Assembly: GCA_951406725.2 (NCBI GenBank)
Contig: OX597818.1
Location: 139,066,001-139,130,000, forward strand
Length of the DNA stretch: 64,000 bases
Direction: 5' to 3'
Source of the DNA: Octopus vulgaris
Taxonomy: Eukaryota
Positions 52,247-64,000 of the stretch are shown in pieces (positions within the stretch are counted from its first letter, which is position 1; every line of letters begins with the position of its first letter). The position numbers were made by a program, and so were the translations under genes. Under the pieces are notes generated by a model. The model was not told the DNA's origin, did no database searches, and saw only the letters and a program-made list of their open reading frames with translations.

Positions 52247-53318
52247 GGGGAATTTTTTTGAATTTTTTTTTCCCTTGTCAGTTAAATAAAGAATCCTATA
52301 TTCCATATGTGGGAAGACAACGTGTGTTGTCCTATTTTAGTATTTCCTCTAACGCTGCAAGGCACATTATTACTTTCGTCCCGTTAGACGCCGACAAGCA
52401 TAACTAGATGGTTGTGTAGCTGTGGTATAGGAGTTCGCTTCCCAGTAAGTTGTTTGTTTGTATGTATGTATGTATGTACGTAAGTGTGTATGTATGTATG
52501 TATGTACTTATGTATGTATGTATGCATGTACTTAAGTATGCATGCATGTATGCATATACTTATGTATGTATGCATGTATATATGCATGTTTCTATATATG
52601 TATGCATGCATGTAAGTATGTATGCATGCATATATGTATGTATACATGCATGCATGTATGTATGCATGTATGTATGTATTCATGTATGCATGCATTACAT
52701 GACAGTTGGTGTTGACTAAGTTTACGCCCACGTAACTTTACGGTTCGGCAAAATAAACCGATAGAATAAGTAATAGACTCACAAATAAGTACTGGACCAG
52801 TTCGTTCCACTAAACACTTCAAAATGTTGCCCCTTCATGGCCACAGTTGAATGACTGAAAGAAGTAAAAGATAAAAGATAAAATATCTCTTAAGTTTTGT
52901 ACGATAATTGTATTGATAACCTCATTGAAAATGGACGATTCATAACCCACTATATTACATAATCTGAGAATGCTCTGAGAATGTGTCGGCATTCATAATC
53001 AACCTGTCCACACTTATTAAAACTGAATGATGAGATATACAGTATGTACCCAGAGAGAGGAACATTGTATGTTTGAATAATCATCTTTAATAAATGTAAA
53101 CTTTTCGCGCCCTTCTACCGTCACAGTTGTCATTCGTCTACGTAGGGTTACCGTTACGTAGTCGTTGGAACTACCGAAATATGAACCAGATCTCTCTCAA
53201 ACCTATTCAACAGTAGATTTTGCTGTTAATACTTATCTGCAATAAATTGGTCATACTTCTACAATGCACAAAAATGTTTTAACATACTTTTTTTCTTTTA
53301 AATACAATTTGATTATAA

Positions 53319-53710
53319 TCTCTCTATATATAAAGCTGAAGTTGTCTGTGTATGGCAGGTTTGGTAGCCTTCAACTAACACTATCTCCTCTGAGACCCTG
53401 CGGCGCAAGTTGACCAAAATTGAGAGTATGATAGAAGAAGGTTTGCTCTTCATTTCGTAGAAGATAAAATTCATATCGGACCATGTTAAAACCAAACATT
53501 ATTTACATCAAAAAGGTGCTATTTTTCTATGAAAATCCCTATCTTTTACAATTTTTTGATTGCTGTATCGCCATTTTTCGGTGTATTTCAACCAGAAAAA
53601 TATTCACTTAAAGAGAATAACAAGCTACATATTGTAAAATCTTTAGTTTTCAAACATTTCAATTCTAAAGGGTCGAAACAGACCCGAGCATCGCCGGGCG
53701 ATACTGCTAG
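53319..53710 (+). mobile_element. Non-autonomous Helitron
   Basis: A|TCTCTCTATATATAAAG ... hairpin CCCG-AGCATCGC-CGGG ... CTAG|T. Confidence 0.78.
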
Positions 53711-55229
53711 TTTAATTATAAAAATAAATAGGTGTTTTCAAACATCGAATGGCTACGAGAGTCCATCCAAGTAAAATAAGAATCTTTGGGGTCCTTAGGT
53801 CCTTAGGTTGAGAAACACTGCTTTAGACGATGTGGTTTAAGGTACGCAAAAAGATAGAATTCTTATAGCTGGAACTTTTGTCCATAGGGATATTCAATTA
53901 GGACCGACGTATGGCTTAACAACAACAGCAACAACAATGACAACAACAACAGCAGTGACAACAAAGGCAATTAAAGTAGCAAGAAGAGAGACATTTACTC
54001 TTTCATTGCTTCTAATCTGTGTGCAAAGACCGGTCACATTTTCTCTTCCAATGCATCTAGTTTTGTAAATTAATATATAGGAGTGGCTGTGTGGTGAGTA
54101 GCTTGCTTATCAACCACATGGTTCCGAGTTCAGTCCCTCTGCGTGGCACCTTGGGCAAGTGGGTTCTACTATTGCCTTTACTCTGCATGCTTTCACTTCG
54201 TTACCATGGCAACAGTCCGGATACTTATTGATCAGATCTCGTACATATTTTCGCATTGTCAGAAGCTTTCCAAACAAACTCTGTTTACAAACAGTTATAC
54301 TGGTATTGACCTCTCACTTACCAGTAATCTATTACTTTCCTGGTGGCTATTGTTGTTGTTTAGTTCCAAGTTCGCTCTGACCAAATAGAGGTCGTTGAAA
54401 GCTATTCCTGCGATGATGACCATCCAGTCTTTTTTATCCAATGTATTATCTCTTCTTATAAACGCTAACTCCTTGTCGTTTTGTCGTTGCATTATCATAA
54501 TCATCATCATCATCATCATAGATATCGTCGTCATCGTCACCGTCATCATCGTGGTGGTGGTGGTGGTCATCATCATCATCAGCATCATCAGCATCTTTAT
54601 CATAATCATTATTATTGCTTTTATATAGTACACAGAATATGAACCATTTGTAAATTATGCCATACGGTGCCATATGAGTCTGGTGAGGTAAAGTTGTGTG
54701 GATGTAATGTTCACAGCTCTAATCTGCAGCGCCGCTAGCGTTGGTAATTGTCTAGCCACGCAACTACCCCTTACCTTAAACCTAACAATACTGTAACACT
54801 AAGTATATACTACGCAAACAAGGCCATAAAAATGCAAAAAAGAAAATATAATGAATATAATACATCTAGATGTACAATTAATATTGCTTGTGTGATATAC
54901 TACTATCAGCTTAAATATGAAGATTTTAAACTTCAAAAACAGGTCGCACTGTCACCACATTTCTGTAGGCTAAATGTGCATCTACTGCAAACCAATATTG
55001 CAATGATGCAGTATTTAAAAAGATATACAGTAATATTACAAATATACTATTAATAGGGAAATTCATCAAAATTGATATATATTTAATTATCTGCTAAAAC
55101 TATCGAATAAAATCCAAGTGAGTTTTGTACATTTAGTTGCTCTCAGGAATGGAATAATCTTAAGTTTCGGTATAAGGTCACCCAACGGTGAATAGACGGC
55201 AGTCAGAAATGTTATATATGTGCAAATTT

Positions 55230-55430
55230 GTTCACAAGGGCTGCAATTTCGGGCAGGGTCCAAGTCGATCACATCGACCCCAGTACTCAATTGGTACTTA
55301 TTTTATCGACTCCGATAGAAAGAAAGACAAAGTCGACCTCGGCGCCATTTGAACACAGATCGTAAAGACGGATGAAATGCCGCCAAGCATTTTACACGGC
55401 GTGTTAACGATGCTGCCAGCTCGCTGCCTT
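55230..55430 (-). mobile_element. SINE family C
   Basis: Same core and head as the 47460 copies. Confidence 0.8.
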
Positions 55431-56919
55431 ATAGCAACTAAACTTATTGACAACTAGAAACCCTTCAAAAATTTTACTACCATTATTTTTAGCGTAGACT
55501 ATCACTAGTTTCCTTGGATACTAGATCTGAACCTAACTATAGGATACTTTGGCCAGAAAAAGTTTTGGCTATTTCATATTTCTCATGAAGCCAGAGAGAA
55601 GCTTAGAGTCTTCGGGTTACTCTCAAACAATAAATTGCATTCTTATAAACCAACTGTTCTATTTTCGACGTTAATTCTCCAAAAGATTGTCACATTTTGA
55701 ACTTGATCTAACCACCACATCATACCATTATTATTACCTAATCTTCATCTCGACTATGGTTCTACGAGGATAGATATAAGCGACTACTAATATTGTTCAA
55801 TGAAAGGACTTAGTAGATAGATATAAAAGAGAAGAGACGTACTGTTAGAACAAAAGAGAATGAATAGTTTTATACGGAGTAGAGACAGGATAGCGAGTTG
55901 TAATAACAACAGAAGACGCCAAGTGTGTATACAACACTGTTGAGCTAAAGACTCTTGAATGATGATGAAGGTTTTTCCAATTAACGCAAGGCTGCCAAAT
56001 ACGTAAATAGCTGTTTTTCATGATCAAAGTAATGTTTTTAGTCTACCTAAGACAAAAGAGGTAAAAAAAAAAGAAGAAAAATAGACAAAGAAAAACAAAT
56101 ACACACACCAACACTGAAAATTGGGCAGCGAACCAGATACTTAAATTATTTTATTTTGCTTAAATAGTCAATATTATTGAAAAATAAGACTTCATAGAGG
56201 TTTCTTTTTATGGTCACCTACGTTAAAGGATATTTTACAGTGTTTAACAATTTATTACAGTGTACCTTCATTCAATATGTCCAACTTGCATTTTTCCTAC
56301 ATTATACCTATTGCTGCGTTGCAGTGTTTGTTTCAATTCTTTCTTTGCCTTCTGAGTTCAAATCCTTTGATGCCCTACATGGGTACGAGACGTAATTCCA
56401 TTACCCTGTGTAAAAATCGTCACCTGACGATTAGAGTGACTTTAGCGGTTTCCACTCCGTTGCAAACATTCTTGTGAGATCAGTTTGAGAGCAATGACCT
56501 CCTTCCCACCAGTCTCGGAAACCTAGGAGAAAATCATGGGTATTGCTTTCCCTCCTAAGTAAAAAAAAGAAAAGATAAGATAAGATTCTAACGTATTGTC
56601 AATGAAATCATATTCAATGAAAATTTCCAGCTAGCATCCTTTCAATACCTATCTTACGTTTATTAGAATACATACATACGTGTGTGTATATGAGCGTGTG
56701 TATACATACGCATGCAGCAGTTGTTGTTTCAAAGCTGTTTGCTTTTGCATTTATTTTGAAGTATCATGAGACAATTCGGAGTAACTTTAATAACGGTCTT
56801 GCGAACGGATAGAAGAAATTCTTTCCGGTTGTATGGAATCGGTCCGAGATATTCAGAAATATAATGCATTCAATTACAGGCAAGACACGCTGTATAGAGA
56901 AAGAAATATGTACACGCGT

Positions 56920-56965
<46 letters not shown>

Positions 56966-57122
56966 CTATACGCAGTCAGACATAACTATACACTCGTAGA
57001 TCTAAATACAGACGTAAGAATTTGCTCTAAGATAACGCATATTAAGGCATCAATCTGAAACATACATGTATGTTGTGTGTGTATATACATACATACATAC
57101 ATACATACATACATACATACAT

Positions 57123-57178
<56 letters not shown>

Positions 57179-57635
57179 GTATATATGCGTAGACAACTAC
57201 AAATATAGGTATACATACAGAGAAATGCACATAAATTCAAATATACACCTAATAATTTACTCAAGAGCAAGATTCGTTAAACCTTCAACCAAAAGATGCA
57301 CGTGCGTGCGTAGTATATATTTATATACATATGAATATATGCACTTTATATATATATATATGTATATGTGTGTGTATGTATATGCATATAATATATATAT
57401 ATTATATGAATGTATGTATAGTTAACACACATCCTCTTTCAACTCCATAACATATCCAAGTGTGTACACGCATAGATTCAAATTTATGTATATACATACA
57501 TAATTTTCTCGAAAGCAAGATTTCTCGAGGCTTCAACCAAAAGAAACCTATGTACATGTAATAAGCCCACATCCTATTTCTCACTCATAACTTATGCATA
57601 CACACATGCATAAATACGCACACAAATACACACAT

Positions 57636-57702
<67 letters not shown>

Positions 57703-58034
57703 GCACACACACCTACGTTGAAGTATACAGTAAATAATTTATTCCATTCGTGATGAAATCTAAGCTCACGCTTCAAAGTTCCCCTGTATTTAATTGTCGT
57801 TGAATTTGCAAAGATTTCATAAACTAAACAAATATTGAGCTAACATTTCTATTTCACTGACCACAAGAGAATTGGGGAAATAAGAAATATATGTTTCTGC
57901 TGTCTTTCAGGCATTGGTTTGTAATACGATGAATCTATCATAGTTTTGAATGTAATATTATATTACCGTCTTTACCACTCTTGGCAAATGCTACATGTTC
58001 AGCAGCTAATATCACCTAAAAATTAAAAACATAA

Positions 58035-58076
<42 letters not shown>

Positions 58077-58403
58077 GCAAACAAAAATTCTACGAAACTA
58101 CGACAACCCCAGTCGGTCGAATGTAATCAGTTATTAAAAATATATAATTGGATTTATATTCTATTTCCCTTCAGTGGTGGGTAAAGCATAACTGAACGGT
58201 GAATGTATGTTTACATTTTCTAAATAAACATGGTGGTTTTTGTGACGATATACAAAAGCAGTGTGATAAAAAGTCAGAGCCTAGAGGGAATCGAATCCAT
58301 TTCTCTTTTGTTGATGCCTCGATGTAATTACCACAATATTCTTTGTATGTATGTATGTATGTATGTATATATGTATATTATATAAGTATATATATACGAA
58401 CGT

Positions 58404-58685
<282 letters not shown>

Positions 58686-59984
58686 ATATATATATATATA
58701 ATATATATACATATATCTGTCTAGTTATCTATCTCTGTCTCTCTCTGTCTCTCTCTGCACATACCCACACATACACACACACATATACTTACATACAAAT
58801 GAATACGTAAATGCAAAACAAGGTGGTGAAAATAGTACTCGAATGTCGAAGGTAGAGTAACATGCTTTTATGAAAGCCGAAAAAGACTTCACAAACTTTT
58901 AATCAGAATTTCACGTTACCGTACATACTTTTCATGTTGTAGGCCACATTATATATAAGCACATACACATATGTGTGTGTTTTCGTGTGCGCGCGCATGT
59001 ATGTGTAAAAGTTCGAATCCAAAAGTTCAGTTTGGAGAAGAAGAAAGAAGTCAGTACAAGGTGTTGATGTGGCTGCGTGTATGTTATTACAATAGTTCAT
59101 AAAGAGATGAAGAATAAATTCAAGACCTATATATCCATTGCATACATATATATTTTATTTACTGGTCGATAATGATACATAATCGGAATGTAGAATCTAG
59201 TTGAATGAAGTAATCTAAGCAAGAAAGTTCAGAAATAGAAAATGTAGAAATAACAGCTAATTGGTGGTTTTCAGTCACATAGCAATGATGTGAATAGCTC
59301 TAAGTCTAATCGACTAAAAAGCGAAGAGCAGGCTCAGCATGCTGTTTTTATTAATGGAGTGCTAGACCTTCTAGAAACTTCCAGGAGAAACGCTAAGCTT
59401 CTTGAATAATTAAGAATCACGTCTCATGACATAGATGCTTCGAGAAACTTAGTAAAGGGAGGGTACTCTATAATCTTTCTTGCTAAGGAGATCATTCAAC
59501 TATTTAGCTACGTAGACCACTACAGGAGCATTTGATTCTTTAGAGAGAGCATCAAAATATATGATATTTATTAAACTGAAGTTTGAAACTGGGTAAATCT
59601 GGGTTTCATGTACCCAATTGTCAAACAACGTATGAAGAATGAAACTGGGAGCCGTGAAAAAAATATTTCAGAAATCGAAAACTGTAAGGAAACATTTGAT
59701 TGATTGCATGCGAATAGATAAGAAACTAGTTTGTGTATTCAAATTAGTTGCATACCTTCCATTTGCAGTGAAGGAATTTGCATTAATTTCATTTTTTAAA
59801 AAAATTAAATTATTTGCCGTTTCAAATTTCTCTAAGCTGAACAGAAGTTAAAAAATGGAACTTGCTAAGTTCTATATAATATGAGGTTTCATACCTAAAG
59901 CAATTCAGTTTTGACCTAGTTTTTGTAACTTCCTCCATCCGGAGACTGTGAACAGTATTAGTATATTTTGAAAGAATTTTATAT

Positions 59985-60397
59985 CTCTTTTACTCTTTTA
60001 CTCTTTTACTTGTTTCAGTCATTTTGACTGCGGTCATGCTGGAGCACCGCCTTTAGTCGAGCAAATCGACCCCGGGACTTATTCTTTGTAAGCCCAGTGC
60101 TTATTCTATCGGTCTCTTTTGCCGAACCGCTAAGTGACGGGGACGTAAACACACCAGCATCGGTTGTCAAGCAATGCTTAGGGGACAAACACAGACACAC
60201 AAACACACACATATACATATATATATACATATACGACAGGCTTCTTTCAGTTTTCTTCTACAAAATCCACTCACAAGGCATTGGTCGGCCCGGGGCTATA
60301 GCAGAAGACACTTGCCCAAGATGCCATGCAGTGGGACTGAACCCGGAACCATGTGGTTGGTTAGCAAGCTACTTACCACACAGCCACTCCTGCGCCT
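59985..60397 (-). mobile_element. SINE family B, full length
   Basis: Near-identical to 42301-42729. Confidence 0.92.
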
Positions 60398-60883
60398 TAA
60401 TTTTGTAAATATATTAAAGTTAAATAATTTAACAATAATAACACTCCTTCTCATTTGAGATTAAGGAGGACATAGCTAATTGTTAGAACAGACCTTCAAG
60501 ATAACCATTGCTAGGGCTGTCTAGTCTCAGGTCAGATCTCACTGAGCAGACTAACAACCGATGGTATTTCATCTGCCGCTACGTTCTGAGTTCAAATTCC
60601 GACGAGGTCGACTTTGCCTTTCATCCTTTCGGGGTCGATAAATTAAGTACCAGTTACGCACTGGGGTCGATATAATCGTCTTAATCCATTTGTCTGTCCT
60701 TGTTTGTCTCCTCTGTGTTTAGCCCCCTGTGGGTAGTAAAGAAATACGTATTTCAACTACCTTTTTAGTGGATGTATATCTGTATATTATCCAATCTGTC
60801 TTTCTTCCATATGGAAGGGTGCGATTTTGAGATATGTTTCATTACTGATTTTATCAAACTGAGTGACGAATATGCTCTAGAAT

Positions 60884-61267
60884 GGAAGCACTCCGTCGGT
60901 TACGACGATGAGGGTTCCGGTTGATCCGAATCAACGGAACAGCCTGCTCGTGAAATTAACGTGTAAGTGGCTGAGCACTCCACAGACGCGTGTACCCTTA
61001 ACGTAGTTCTCGGGGATATTCAGCGTGACACAGAGAGTGACAAGGCCGGCCCTTTGAAATACAGGTACAACAGAAACAGGAAGAAAGAGTGAGAGAAAGT
61101 TGTGGTGAAAGAGTACAGCAGGGATCACCACCATCCCCTGCCAGAGCCTCGTGGAGCTTTTTAGGTGTTTTCGCTCAATAAACACTCACAACGCCCGGTC
61201 TGGGAATCGAAACCGCGATCCTATGACCGCGAGTCCGCTGCCCTAACCACTGGGCCATTGCGCCTCC
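60884..61267 (-). mobile_element. SINE family A, full length with TSD
   Basis: 12-bp direct repeat ATGCTCTAGAAT at 60872-60883 and 61270-61281. Confidence 0.93.
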
Positions 61268-61656
61268 ACATGCTCTAGAATAATTGTAACATGAATATTC
61301 ATACTCAAACTTGCAAACTAACAAACTTCATACCAACTCAGCTAACACAGTTTATTACAGTAAATAATAGCTTTAATGGTACCAACTAAAGCTAACCAAT
61401 CTGCATCACATGTGTATATGTCACTATAACCGCCAATCATCTTAGTCATTTCTCTTTACATATCTTCATTTCACTTCTGGTGGATCGAAGCTTAGAGAGT
61501 TCTCTCCCTTGTACTTTCTGAAATTAATTTTCATTAACGGTGTTGATTTTGACTCGCATTACAATAATAATTTTAATGAATTAAAAAGTAATTTCGGTTC
61601 ATCAAGTATGCTAGCCGCCATGTAACTAAATACATGTATACATGGCTCTATTTACA

Positions 61657-61763
<107 letters not shown>

Positions 61764-61769
61764 GTATCC

Positions 61770-61835
<66 letters not shown>

Positions 61836-61844
61836 GTATCTATG

Positions 61845-61918
<74 letters not shown>

Positions 61919-62810
61919 CATCCAAACTAGTACGCACACACGCATATCAATTTACTAACAATCATATCTATTAAGCCACTCGGGAATGTAAAATAAATAT
62001 TAATGCAGGAAAATGTACAGGAAAATCTTATAAAAGCGACGTCGTCAATTAAGTGCAAATATTAATATATGTGTGTGTGTCTGTGTGTCTGTGTGATTGT
62101 GTATGTGTGTTTGTATGTAAATGTGTGTATATATGTGTATGTTAGGTCAGCTTGTATGTGTAATTCTGTGTGAGTGTGTGTATGTGTGCGGGCACGCGCG
62201 CGCGCGTTGTAGAAGCGCTAACATGCTGTCTTAAAGGTAGCGTATTCAGCGATGACAGTGTATATGAAATACGCGAAGTGAATGCACCATTCGCGCTCTC
62301 GTTTTCTCCCTCTCACCTCCCTCTCTCCTCCCCCCTCTCTTTCTGCATATCTCTCTCTCTATATATATATCTATACATGCATACAGACACGCGCGCACAC
62401 ATACATACACACATGCATACATACACAAGACGCATTTTTCAGCTAGAGAATGAGAGATAAACCGACATTCAGAATTGGAACCAGGATCATAAACGCGAAG
62501 ATGTCTTCTACTGTTTGATGCTAATGATGCGACATGAATCATTGACCTTTTGACCGCTAATCCGTCTCTCTCACCTCAGCTACCTGCAAGTCATTATATC
62601 GCGGTTAATTGACGGTTCCCCACCCCTTCGATATTTAGCGATAGACAAAGCTGTATAAATCTAAGAAGATGTCTTAGAAGATGATCGCTAATATGCTTCT
62701 AAGATCCAGCGAAGCTTCTAAAAGGCGGCATCATTATTATCGACTTTTGGTCTGTGATGCTAGCATTGTAAATCTTATAAAGTGTGCAACGGTTTGCATA
62801 GTAAACATAC

Positions 62811-63214
62811 TCTTTACTCTTTACTCTTTTACTTGTTTCAGTCATTTGACTGCGGCCATGCTGGAGCACCGCCTTTAATCGAGCAACTCGAACCCGGGAC
62901 TTATTCTTTTGTAAGCCCAGTACTTATTCTATCAGTCTCTTTTGCCGAACCGCTAAGTAACGGGGACATAAACACACCAGCGTCGGTTGTCAAGCAATGC
63001 TAGGGGGACAAACACACACACGCATATATATATATATATATACATATATACGACGGGCTTCTTTCAGTTTCCGTCTACCAAATCCACTCACAAGGCTTTG
63101 GTCGGCCCGAGGCTATAGCAGAAGACACTTGCCCAAGATGCCACGCAGTGGGACTGAACCCGGAACCATGTGGTTGGTAAACAAGGTACTTACCACACAG
63201 CCACTCCTGCGCCT
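62811..63214 (-). mobile_element. SINE family B, full length
   Basis: Head, CORE-like segment, internal microsatellite and tail all present. Confidence 0.92.
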
Positions 63215-63674
63215 ATGTAAGTTTGTTTTAAACAACATTTTTTTTGTTAGGTCAAACTGAAAGAAAATAGTTGAGCAAGAAATCAATAAATTCTAATGAC
63301 AGCGCTGTCGAACTAGCATAAAAACCAATACGAATGGTGAGCGACGGTCTCCGAGGAAAGTAAGGACGGTCTGTGTTGTCGGTAACAATTAGTTCCCAGA
63401 GAATTCGTTGAGAAATTCTAGAAGTTGAACTGCCGTGAGGTGGAGTGAAAAAAAAAAAATCTTAAAGATTCGTTAAGAACAAGCAATTGGTAAACATGTC
63501 TGACTTCGCTGCGTTCGTGAGAAAGAGTTTAATAGAATATTAAACGATACGTGGCGGGAGAAATATTGATATCCTGCATGTATAGAATATAAATACTTCT
63601 CACCCCTTCCGCCGGTAAATTATAAAATACAGGAAAAATACAGCGGTTGTTTAAAAATTCCGGTGTTCATTCAT

Positions 63675-63714
<40 letters not shown>

Positions 63715-63870
63715 TCCTTCCTTCCTTCCTTCCTTCCCTCCTTCCTTCCTTCCTTCTTTCTTTCTTTCTTGCTTTCTTTCTCTACATGTATATGTATATA
63801 TAAAAGTATGTTTGTGTGTTTCCATGAGTGAATGTATGTATGTATACATACGTTCATACATACATGTATA

Positions 63871-63917
<47 letters not shown>

Positions 63918-64000
63918 TAAAGCATATTACTCTACCACTGGTATTTGAGTACTCTTTTTTCCACCTTGTTTCACATTTATGTGTTTACTCCGGTATATAT

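Overview
Repeat-dominated, AT-rich animal genomic DNA. The SINE families and extreme microsatellite density suggest a coleoid cephalopod such as Octopus (inference). No intact cellular protein-coding gene is recognisable, and almost all ORF-track entries are translations of microsatellites or SINEs. Supported content: three tRNA-derived SINE families in many copies, decayed mariner/Tc1 transposases, a CR1-group LINE ORF2 relic and a separate LINE 3' end, a young Tx1-like LINE 3' fragment present twice in one (TATC)n tract, two non-autonomous Helitrons, MITEs, long palindromes, a 106-bp x ~20 tandem array, a tRNA-Val(CAC) gene, one candidate exon and a 100-N gap. The most notable item is a non-coding element between (TA)n tracts (7769-8633). 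Its two ~306-bp direct repeats each carry a complete type I hammerhead ribozyme, with cleavage sites 491 nt apart, which is a retrozyme or Penelope-pLTR-like layout. A second, unrelated hammerhead lies at 44897-44962. All calls were made by eye, and boundaries of decayed elements are approximate.
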